Part shown: positions 1-11,454 of the stretch, piece by piece | How positions within the stretch are numbered: position 1 is the first letter of the stretch | Layout: the number at the start of each line of letters is the position of its first letter | From: Octopus vulgaris | Lineage: Eukaryota | Direction: 5' to 3' | DNA length: 64,000 bases | Assembly (NCBI GenBank): GCA_951406725.2 | Contig: OX597831.1 | Span: 15,190,001-15,254,000, forward strand | The notes under the pieces: generated by a model | What the model saw: only the letters and a program-made list of their open reading frames with translations | Databases searched by the model: none | Told to the model about the DNA's origin: nothing | Position numbers and translations under genes: made by a program

Positions 1-3000
1 TGAAAGGGATAGGGAGAGGAAAAGATTAGTCTGTGGAAAGCATATTCGAACATGCTCCAATATTATACATTTTTCTTATACGCACTGGGTATGAGCAAAT
101 GAATATTCTCCTTTATATACATTCTCATTTTACAATTGTTTGTTAGTTAACTTTTCTATTACTGTTGAAAATTACAGACGTTTGTGGCCATATTTTGCAG
201 AAAGAAATATTGTTGTTATATCTATTACAGACAGTTTTAGAGTAGGCTGCTTTGATAATACGCTTATGTCCTACAGCACATTTCCCTACTCAGCATGTAG
301 AAAATAAAGAAACTAGAAAAGCATAACAATAACGAATGAATAAGAAATCGAAACAACCTTAAAATAAAATAGCCATAAAATAGCCGAATATTTAAAAGGA
401 TCCATCTGTTCCATATATTTACGAGATCGTTCAGATAATAAACAATTGATATATTACATCCGTTTGCATTAGAGATTCAGATAAATGTTTTTACTAACGC
501 AGGGGATCTGATTATTTACAATATATTGAATAACGGCTGTTCAACATTTACTTTCAAAAACGCATATCTATTCGTCCATGTTTTATCATTGCATCAATAA
601 ATCTTTAAATTGGAACAAAGACTATGTAGGAATGTATTTACAAAATGCTAATTTGCGCTAATTATAGACGAAGGACGACCCTAATTGAACAGAGTTAATA
701 CATAATATTCTTGTGTTTACGCAGAGATATTTTGGCGCCACCTATTTGGTGATTTGGTGCTAAATTATTTGACATCAGGCGTTTAAATTTTTCCCTCGTT
801 TCCCCTCTACCCTCTTTCTGGTTATGAATACGAGCATCTACCTAGGTTTATATGGTATATGTAGCGACTTTCTATCCCTCTATCTTTCCCTTTCTCTCCT
901 CTTTACTCTCATCCTCTCTCTCATTCTATCTTTCTGTTCGCGTGTTCGTGTGTTCGTGTGTTGGCTTTCATCGTCAAACACGTTGCTGCCAAAACAAGTT
1001 CAGATGACACATAACCATGATACAGCAATGATAAAATAATACAATATGTTACGCTAATCCAGAGATTCTGAACATATTTAATTCTAAATTTCTTTCACAA
1101 GGTGTGAAATATTTCACAGGATAACTTTATAATCTGCTCTTGACTCAGTTTTATTAGTTGCGAAGTTACTGCGTCAGTGAACAAGTCGGCACCTTACGAA
1201 ATAGGGATGAATTTTAAAGGGATTGAAGTGCTTTGTGTGTGTTTTTCAATAGTTTCTCCACATCATTGGTGTTTCAGTTGAAACGTATTGTACCAAATGA
1301 AATTATTCGCCAGACTCGCATCGCTTCGAACAACATTGCATTGTAGCTATTGTTAGGAATTTTCTATAAAACTGTATTTTTCTTATTTAGAGTTTGGATT
1401 TGGTTTGCAAATTTCCTGGTGCAACCTACTGAGTGAAACACATTTTGTTTTAAATTAGGAGAGACATGATGATAATGATAATCACACGCTAGTTCCTTTT
1501 CACTTATCGTTAGTCTATAGATCAATATTTAACCCGTTAGCACATCAAATACCGCGTTAATAATTTAGTCAATCAGCTAATCAACTACGTTTGTTAAATT
1601 CCTTCCGTGATATGTCTTCTCTGCCCTAAGCTGAAAGATGCCTGGATTACAGAAGTCATGTCGTTGGTAAGACCGTGAATAAAAATGAAAGAGCTTGAGA
1701 ATCTTAGTTGATTGATGGAAACATAATTAATTAAACAATCGATGAGTTAATTGGTTAAACATTCTGATATGCCATCCACGAATTAAAATGTAGGTCATTT
1801 AAAAGCGGAAACCATTTCGAAGCATTAAAATCCGTTTCATTTTCAAAGAAATAATTACAGAAATGTCCAAACCGCCAGCCCTCTGTATATGTTTTAAATA
1901 ACCAATATCATTTGGAAATCTAATTATAAAACGAAAAGTTTTGAATGGTGCTATAATACAGACAATGGGCTAATACCCAATGCTTCAAGCGAACTATAAT
2001 ACTCTCCTAGTTATAAAGATAGAAGTTGTTAAATCGATAGTTTGTTTTTTGTTACATTGAACAAATAAGTATATCTCCTTTGGTTACTTATTTCAAAGGC
2101 CAGGCGTTATATCATAAAATATAAGACAAAGATTGAAAGATTGAAAGGAAGTTGACAGTACAATCATATTACAGAAACTTTGGGACACGACGAAGGGATT
2201 ATGTAAACCGTGTCAATACCACAACACGGTCCACATTAGATGATATTCAACTTAGAAAAGCTTATATTACAAAACATGCAGTGGTATCTTCGAAACAGTT
2301 TAGGTGGTTACTTGTCCTGCTAAAAATATCAGCCAAAGTGTTCGCTCAACCAACAGTCTGTCGTTTTCAATAGGGGATATATATATATATATATATCTGA
2401 TGAATAATGTAATCCTTATCCTGTTGAAAGGGCTCCCTGCATCGATAGTCTGCCGGATACAGTTCGGTAAGTGGTCAACAACTGAAGCAACAATGAAAGT
2501 TTACCGGGGCCAAGCGTAACTGATCGTTTACATTTGATTTGCGCATGAATGAAAACTGAAAGCAATGGGGGTTAGATTTGATGTTCTGACTGCAATATCC
2601 CCAATGACATATACTGACTCCATTCAAGCTGAACAGGATGCCAATACGTGACTGTTTTACTTGCAAGAAACTGCAGCTGGATCTCCCTCAAATTACATGC
2701 CGGATATACAATAAAACAGAATATGCATGATCGAAACGTGTTTTTTATTGGTGTTTTCTATTCTGTATACCTGTGTTAACATACAAAATCAAGAAACACC
2801 ATTTGAAACTATTAAGACTACACTAAAGCAAAGCTTTATTCCAGTCCTGTGCATGAATTTATATACTGTAGTTGTTGGATATTTCCAGCGCTGTAGTCAT
2901 TTATTTTTATCAGAAGTTGCTTCACTTCCAAAAATTTCTATTTCTGAAGGGCAGCCACCGTGAAGGATCTCGTAAAATATTTTGTACATTCTCAGGGCGT

Positions 3001-3092
3001 AACGAAGCTGATTCAGTGATATGAAGATATATATTCTCTCTTTCTGTTCACTGGAGGCAGTTATATAATGGCAGAGAGATAGACATAGTGAT

Positions 3093-3130
<38 letters not shown>

Positions 3131-3469
3131 TGTGTGTGTATGAGTGACTGTGTGTGTGAGTACAGAAGGGGAGTAAAACTTTTCTTGTTTTATGTTGAGA
3201 AATTCTTATCGGAGAATGAAATGTGGAAAGAGAGAAGAGCACACACACATATAAGGAGCGGAAGTCAGTGGGAAAAAGAGGGAGAAAGAGATAAAAAAGA
3301 GAATTGACGCAGGCAATCGATTCGTACTTTATTCATCAATTTCAACATATGAAAAGCGGATTTGACATCAGCTGGGTTTGAACGTACAGGATGGGGAGTC
3401 CGAACAAGTATCAAAAGTCACTCTATCCGGCTTTGTAACTTCTACGTCTACTTAAGAATATAATGATGA

Positions 3470-3682
3470 TTTCAAATTTGCCACAATGGCAGCCATTTTC
3501 GAGGGACGTTCTACGTCTATGACATTTACTCCAATGTTTCACTGGCACTTAATTTATCGACCTCGAAATGATGAAAGACAAAGTCGACCTTCCCGGAATT
3601 TGAACTCAGAACGTAGCGGCGGCGACATACCGCTAAGCATTTCGTCCAGCGTGCTAACAATTCGGTCAGCTCGTCGCCTTAT
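3470..3682 (-). mobile_element. SINE, same Meta-domain-like family
   Basis: gaatttgaactcagaacgt...tcgtcgcctt. Further copies at about 5680-5790, 18375-18585, 23730-24015, 29890-30220, 31340-31500, 31737-31946, 32455-32660, 40730-40940 and 49650-49815. Confidence 0.8.
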
Positions 3683-4472
3683 TTAGATATATAATGCGTT
3701 GCTGTATATACTGATAAATGTAAACATTACATAGAAATATCCAGAACACGAAGAAAACCACGAGGAGTAGTGGCGTTAACAATGGGAAACCAATCCAACA
3801 AACGTGGTGTGTTTAACAGAACTAGCTTGCCATCAGGAAGACAAACTATTCATGTTTCAACCATTAATCCTGCTATGAATAGCAGAGACGCATTTCCGAA
3901 ATTCCAAACGTTTTGTAATCCATTGTATATGAGATTAAAACTAACAGGATATTAGGAAGAGAGTGCACAAGGCCTCGTCTAGTGTGATCAAACTAGGAAC
4001 CTCAAGAAGGAAAAGCACATTTCTTAACTACAAACCTCTCCATTGTATTGCGGAAATGACCCGATGATATCTAGACAGGAGCTGCGATAATGAGAGTGTT
4101 ATGATAATAAAGACATTTAATCAAATATACAGGATTGTTTAGACAAACAAACACAATAAATCTTAATGCTGTTAATCAATGAAGGATAATATTCTTGCAG
4201 TCGATGAAAGATTATATATTTGGGATACATTGCAGACATTATGATTGGAACTAGATAATAATTGTCGCACTCATATGCATAAACATCAATTCATGAATAC
4301 ATACATAATCACGTACATAGTTTACACACACACACACACACACATATTTATAGATATGTGTGTGTAAAGAAAAAGAGAGGGAGAGAGATACAAACATACA
4401 TATGCATACTTATATAGATATATATGCATATAAATAAATAAATATATATATATACATGTATACATATATATG

Positions 4473-4503
<31 letters not shown>

Positions 4504-4567
4504 GTGTGTGTACGTATATAAACACACATATATACATGCATACACACACAAACACACACACACACAC

Positions 4568-4598
<31 letters not shown>

Positions 4599-4601
4599 AA
4601 G

Positions 4602-4642
<41 letters not shown>

Positions 4643-6724
4643 AGGGATGGATAGTGAATCCGATCTAGAAAGAGAACGAAAATAGAAGGCACCAGTCTTA
4701 TGTGAAGGCAGAAGGCATTCTGGGAGAATTAGAATCGAATAGTGAATAGAAGGAAGCGAGAAGAAAAGACAGGGCAGAGACAAATGAAAGAAAACGGGGA
4801 GGAGTAAATAAAAGGGGAGAGTGAGGAGGAGAGAGAGAGACAGAGAGAGAGTTCCAGTTTATTGCCAGGATGTATATCAGGAGCCAGGCTGCAAGTATAG
4901 ATTCATAAATAAGTACATAAGTAAATATATGTGTTAACTTAAAACACTGATTTTCATAATACAAAAACCTGATGGCTATTGGTATACGCTCAGTTTTGTT
5001 TGTAGATACTATGGAAAGGTTACACACAGCGGCAGAGATTGATTTTTAATTTTTTCCATTCGGTCTTTATCAGATTGCTTTGTAATAGAATTACTTTATT
5101 ACATAAATGATGCCAAATTATAGCAACAAACTAATTTTATAACATGTGAAACATTTTCAACTTTAAGAAACATTGATGGCAGCGTCAGCAAAAGTTACAT
5201 AAATGCATCCTCCACTCTACTCCCTTGAAATAAAACACTTAGAAATGCATGCCCCAGATTCCTCAAATACATATTATGGAAATTTTATTTATGTACAATA
5301 ACAATGGATCCGATCCTGAGTGTTCAGTCGATCGATCCAAAAAGATCCTTGCTTTTCCGCATAATGTTCCTGCTCGCTGGGCATTCGTCAAACACACGTG
5401 CTCTCGATGCAATTGACCAGCGAAATCAGCATATCGCAGTGGGTGAGAAGGCTGCTCTTTTGAATTAAGAATTCATTCCATCAAAGAGGCTTCTGCACAG
5501 TTTCTGCTCACCTAATTCCGTTGTCCTGAGGATTTAAAAAAGTATTCTTTCTCATTATGTTACGCCTTGTAACTGAAAGGTAACATTTAAAAAATGCTCT
5601 TGTTAACGATTCTGCCATATTGCACCTATTAACATTTTGACACAAAATTTGGCGGAGGGAATAAGTCAGTTGCATCGATCCAGTGTTCAATTGGTGCTAA
5701 TTTATATCAGCCCCGAAGTGATGAAAGTTAAGGTTGACCTTGGTGGAATTTGAACTCAGAACGTAAGGACGAAATATTGTTACCACTAAGTAATAATTTA
5801 CTATCTTTTGTTCTAAAAGTTTTAATGTAGCAATAATTTTCTATTTATCCTCTTCGGTGTGAGGAGATCTGAAAGATTGAGAACCACAAATTTCTACTTA
5901 ATACTATATTTTATTTTTAAAGTTCCTCTCTCCCCAAATCATAAGATATCATATCATACCATATGATATCACATCAACAAAAACCAAACCCTCATTTTGC
6001 AATCTAACAGTGTAATTAAGACCAAATAATTGGATTTTAACTATCAAATTTATTGAACATGATATGATGCGATATCATATTAAAAATATATTAGATTCTT
6101 CCCTATTTTTGGTTTGAAATAAAGTCCAGTTTTCTTGGAGATTCGGTTTTGAATGAATCTAAAGCTATTTTTACTGTTAGCATTTTTATAGCATCGAAGC
6201 TATATCATTTTAGATTAATATGGCTTCAAAACTGTAATAAATCTCAATATCTTTCAAGGATAAGTATCTTTGGCTACGAGGCAAAAATGTATTGTCGTCA
6301 ATAATTTATGCCAGTCTCTTTTTATTATCGTGTCTGGTCAGTGAGTTCATTATTTTGCTACATAATCTATTCCCAAAATATCATGGGAACAAACTTCAAA
6401 CATAACTAACGTCAACAAGCATTAATATCAACAGCACTGACAGCTTATTAATATGCTAGTATGGTGCCCTTTAATACTCGGTTGAAGTATAACGAAGGTC
6501 ACGTAGATTTCATAACTTTCATGCGTGGATATGAAAAGATATTTGCGATTAACATAGACAAAATATAAAACAGATGATGAGGTACAGAGTATAAAAACAG
6601 CAATAAACATTAATAAACATCATGGAGAAAAAACTAAAATGTTCTGGATACATAAATGAAGTGAAAAATATAAATGGTCTCTATCACACTTAATGCAGGC
6701 AAATAGAAAATTAAACGAGAATTG

Positions 6725-7278
6725 GGGGAAAACATGGGGGTTGGGGTTAGTCGATTATCTCCAGTGTTTGACTAGAAATTATTGAATGGCAATATCGGCC
6801 ACCGTGGATTTTGAACTCAGAACATAAAACTGCAAAATGCTGCCCAACAATTTATTGAGCGTGTTAACGATTCTTATTTCTTTATTGCTCACAAGGGGCT
6901 AAACATAGAGGGGACAAACAAAGATATTAAGTCGATTACATCGACCCCAATGCGTAACTGGTATTTAATTTATCGACCCCGAAAGAATGAAAGGCAAAGT
7001 CGATCTAGGCGGAATTTGAACTCAGAACGTAACGGCAGACGAAATACCTTTTTCTTTACTACCCACAAGGGGCTAAACTCAGAGAGGACAAACAAGGACA
7101 GACAAACGGATTAAGTCGATTATATCGACCCCAGTGCGTTACTGGTACTTATCTAATCGACCCCGAAAGGATGAAAGGCAAAGTCGACCTCGGCGGAATT
7201 TGAACTAAGAACGTAACGGCAGACGAAATACCGCTAAGCACTTCACCTGGCGTGTTAACGATTCTGCCAGTTCGCTGC
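6725..7278 (-). mobile_element. Tandem or nested cluster of tRNA-derived SINEs (Meta-domain-like family)
   Basis: A box (TGGCAGAATCG), B box (GAGTTCAAATTCC) and central GCCTTTCATCCTTTCGGGGTCGATAA..AAGTACCAG. Three head-to-tail units. Confidence 0.85.
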
Positions 7279-8274
7279 TTTACGTGGAATGCAAATATCA
7301 ACAATTAGACAGGATAAAATATATTGAAACTAGGGGAACAGCAAAATGAAATAGCAAAATAGTTTTCAATGTTATTCAATTTGCTAACTGTGGACAATAT
7401 CCGAAGACGATTATACGTAGTGGAATAATGGAATCATGTGACACACATCTTAATCCTAGTCGTATGTATTGCAGAAACACTCCTGCTATAAACTGAAAAA
7501 TGTTCGGGCTCCTCTACAGTGTAAAAATGATTATATAATTTCTCTTTCTAGTCTGGTCACGGCCTGTCTTTATAAGAAATGTAAGTGTAAAGTGAGTGAT
7601 GTAGTCTTCCATATGGAAAATACAGGATGACGCAATGATCGGGGTCCTGTTACTCAGAATTGCTCCGAGGTACAAAACATAAGCGGTTATCATGGCGCTT
7701 GTATTTACGAAATGGCTATACACTGCAACAACTCAGCGTACAAGAAAAGTCAGCTAAATTTGGATTAGATCTTAATCAAGTTCTTTTAAATATGTAGATT
7801 CTGATATACAAATAGAAATATTTTTCAGCATAGGGAAGATGTTTTAGATCAGAAGTCTAGTTTGTAGAACGGCTAAATCAATCACACAACGCATTCTTTC
7901 TTAGCGTTTCCATAATATATGGGAAATCTAATCGGCAGCCACCTGAGGTTTGATTTCTCTAGCAACGGAATTCGATTTCGCCAGAAGCAAATTATTCTAC
8001 ACAGAAGATACTGTTCCTTCCGTTATCTTGCCTACTCAAGAAGTCAATGCAGTTATATAGGAAGAGAGAGAGAGAGAGGGAGAGAGAAAGAGAGAGAGAG
8101 GGGGGTTATATGCTGGAGAGAAATAATACTTTGGAGCACGGTTATTGAAACCAATCACAGAATCTGATATAAGGGTTAAATATAAAAATATTATTTCTTA
8201 GTTAACAGTTCTTAAACCATACAGTGGTAGAATAGTGTTTCTAACGAGTGATTGCATACATAACCACTTGCGTA

Positions 8275-8318
<44 letters not shown>

Positions 8319-8321
<3 letters not shown>

Positions 8322-9975
8322 CAGAGATACCCGGCGTTGGCCGTGTTACATGCAACTGAAGAATTAGAGTTTTCTGTTATATTTTCTCTAATAAACTGGA
8401 ATACCTATGTTTCGAATGTCATCAAAATTGCAGATGAGGGTTATTTCCCTCTTTACACACCCAGACAAAATTGTAATCGTGCCACATCTATCCCACACTA
8501 CTGACTTTTATGCACAGATTCTAAAATTCCAGTCTTATAGAACCTGTTAAAAGGATTTTGCTCCTGAAAAATGGAGGCCATGGAGCTCTAATATGTAAGA
8601 GTCAATGTCCCAATTAGGAGTGAACATCTTAATATCAACCAGAGAAGTTGAATTTTTGAGAATACTTTTAACTTGGGTCTTATATCTATTGTTTGAATTT
8701 CTTTGAAAAAGGAAATATATGTTTTCTGGGTTTGTAAAAGAGTGCAAAGCTACAGGAAACCAAAAGACGAATGATCACAATAAGCTACAGTACCCTAGAC
8801 GTTACCACCCCCAATGTAGGATTCCTCATCATCCAGGTGACAGGCACAGCAGTAAGATGCATTACGAATCTATAGCAAATGGAAGGCCGTGACTCAACTG
8901 AAATAAATATTAACAACTGTGTGACGTGAGGGCTAAGGAGAAATGAAAGTTGGAGTTTGCAAATGACCACTATACTGATACGTAACTGGACAGAATGCAT
9001 ATACAATCTACAAATGTCTTTGAATAACCAGTCACTCATCTGGGAAGGCCTTGAAATCAATGTTACCATGTGGGGACTATGTGTGACCCAGTGATAATGA
9101 AAAGACTGAAAGGAGATCTGCAATCAGATCACTCAACACTTTGCAACTGAATCAGTGGAGGCAAAGTTGCCTCTCATTTACTTGACAATTTATGTAGCAC
9201 ATTGCAGAAATCACAATCTAAGTGTATGTCAAAGAAAACTCTTACACTATTGTACCATTGAATTACAAATAATGCTCATCTTCTATGCTCGGATGACCCC
9301 ACACCCTCCAAGAGTACAACTATTCGTCTTTGCTTAGATAAAATGACAAAATTGTGGGTGTTAAGTCCCCATGGAGGGGTCTTTCTAACTTGTAAGAAGA
9401 TGACATTTTATAAATATTACTTCATTTGTATTTAATATCTATGGTTAAAATTTCATCATCAGCAAAAATATATGAATTGTCATGGAGGTTGTGGCCCTTA
9501 TGCATAGAATATAATTTCCAAATTTCGTAAAGATCCATTCAGTACTTTTGACTTAGTTTTGTATCATAAAAGAAATGACTAAAATTTTGCACTTAAGGCC
9601 CCCATTACGGTGTCTTAGAATCCTCATGTGAAGTGGAAACTTTGAGAATACTTCTTGATGTGTGTCATTTACGCATGGCTGAAATTTAATCAACATCGAA
9701 AATTTATGAATTTTCATTGGGGGGTTATGCCCCTTTTAAGTCATCTGAAATTCAAACCAAACATATTGCATTATACCCGCTCTTATGCATTGAATCTAAG
9801 TTTCAAATATCATAAGGATCCATTCAGTAATTTTGGTTCATGAAATTGTATGAAACACAAAGCATTACCCTTCTTTCTGGGCTTCGATTTTGTGTTCCAA
9901 AATTTCATTATGATCGGTGCAGCAGTTTTCGAATGTATAAGTCATACACGAACACATAAAGACATTGTCTCTGAT
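8319..9975 (-). mobile_element. Older non-autonomous Helitron-like element
   Basis: cagcagagatacccggcgttggccgtg resembles the 3' hairpin end at 38065. The other end (AAATTTCAttatgatcgg...acacataaagac) resembles the 5' region of the other Helitrons. Confidence 0.55.
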
Positions 9976-10016
9976 ATGATAAATATGAACGTACACACAT
10001 ATATATATATACATGT

Positions 10017-10093
<77 letters not shown>

Positions 10094-10171
10094 GAAAAGG
10101 AACACACGAGTTGATATATATGAAAAAACAAGTAAAAAATAGAAAATGCTAAAATAATTTTATAGTGAACA

Positions 10172-10215
10172 TTTCAGTACCGGTTTCGGTCATTTTGAGA
10201 CCTTTTCAACTGTAA
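10172..10215 (-). ncRNA. Minimal type I hammerhead ribozyme (U3-A8 variant) in the PLE 3' pLTR
   Basis: The - strand reads cag-TTGAAAA-GGTC tcaaaat GACC-GAAA-CCGG-TA-ctg: stem I, core, stem II, palindromic stem III and a GUA cleavage triplet. Confidence 0.85.
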
Positions 10216-10550
10216 CGATTAAATAATTAAATTTATTTTTAGAAAAATTAGAAGAAAAGTTTTTTTAAAAGAATATTTCTATAGTAGTGTTCAGATTTAA
10301 GTGGCATTCTGCCTTTCTCTGACTCCCTTGTTTGCACTTGTGTGTTCGAGGTAGTTGTGAGTTCTTGGTAGGGTAGTAGAGGGAAGGCTGGTGAGGAAAG
10401 GGGGTGGGAGAATCTGGGAGTGCCCTGATGGTCGTATTTTGAATGGTCAGTGGCGGCTGGCAGTCTCAGTTCAATTCAGGATTGTTTATAGATTTAGCGT
10501 AGGTGTTATACTAAAAAACATTAGTGACAAACTTAAGGGGTAGGGGGTGG

Positions 10551-10800
10551 AGAAGAAGAAGAAGAAGAAGAAGAAGAAGATGTAGGAGAAGGAGAAGATG
10601 ATGGTGATGGTGGTGATGATTATGACGACGATGATGATGATAACGATGATGATGAAGAAGAAGAAGAAGAAGAAGAAGAAGAAGAAGAAGAAGAAGAAGA
10701 AGAAGGAGAAGGAGAAGATGGTGGTGATGATGGTGGTGATGATGATGACGCCGATGATGATGATAACGATGATGATGAAGAAGAAGAAGAAGAAAAAAAC
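10551..10800. repeat. (GAA)n/(GAT)n compound microsatellite inside the PLE 3' UTR
   Basis: An equivalent compound tract lies at the same relative position in the second PLE copy (36234-36435). Confidence 0.9.
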
Positions 10801-10926
10801 AGAGAAGGGAGAATATGAATGGGTGTAAATATAGCTATGAAGGGGCTGATTAGTAATGGATTCTATGGAGTGTAGTATTTGTGTGTGTATATATATTTTT
10901 TTCTTTTATTCTAAAGTTGAGGTATA

Positions 10927-11454
10927 TTAATTGTTTGTCGTAGACCCGTTAAGAAGTGGCTTGTATTTTGTAATAAAGAGATTTTCTTTACTTATTCTTT
11001 GTCTCGAGGTTGTATCGTCCCTAAATTGGTAGAGGGGGAAAATTCTGAAGTTTGGTGTTTTTTTGTTGGCGCAAGTATCTATGTGTTGGCTAAAAGCTAT
11101 TTTTCTGTTTTGGGGAATTTTTATCTGGGATCTGTGCAGGGCCATTCGTTTACGCAAACCATTTTTTGTTTGGCCTATGTACTGCTCTTGACACCCGGAG
11201 CAGGTTAGTGAGTATATTAGGTTCTCCGAAGCACATGTGAAGTTGCTTTTCACTGTAAACCGTTGTCCCTGTTTGAAGGAGAACTCCGAACCCTCGATTA
11301 GATAGTCGCATATCCCGCAATTGGGTCTTCCACATTTTTTTACTGTCGGCTTCTGTGTTGAAGAGTGAATTCGGGCTTGTGTAAGGAGACTTTTCATGGA
11401 TCTAGGCTGTCTTTTGCTTTTTATGATCGTGTGTGTTTGGAGGATTGTGTTCAT
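10927..11454 (-). CDS. PLE GIY-YIG endonuclease with Cys-rich linker (C-terminus of the RT-EN polyprotein)
   Basis: CGRPNCGIC...FTCASENLIYSLTCSGCQEQYIGQT...LRKRMALHRS...QH...KENLFITKYKPLLN. Removing one C at ~11472-11474 fuses it in frame to the RT (LHNIPLLKKDHRMNTIL). Confidence 0.93.
   Translation of the reverse strand: MNTILQTHTIIKSKRQPRSMKSLLTQARIHSSTQKPTVKKCGRPNCGICDYLIEGSEFSFKQGQRFTVKSNFTCASENLIYSLTCSGCQEQYIGQTKNGLRKRMALHRSQIKIPQNRKIAFSQHIDTCANKKTPNFRIFPLYQFRDDTTSRQRISKENLFITKYKPLLNGSTTNN

Noticed and set aside
6725-7278. CRISPR-like or tRNA gene array
   Set aside because: The units are ~200-bp tRNA-derived SINEs with no unique spacers and no complete cloverleaf, and the context is eukaryotic.
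7514-7723. ORF that could splice in frame to the 16152 candidate exon
   Set aside because: The acceptor is weak, there is no homology and no clear donor, so the frame match may be chance.
10927-11454. Selenocysteine (in-frame TGA) recoding, as reported for some Naiad PLEs
   Set aside because: All Cys positions in the linker and endonuclease are ordinary Cys codons, and the ORF has no in-frame TGA.
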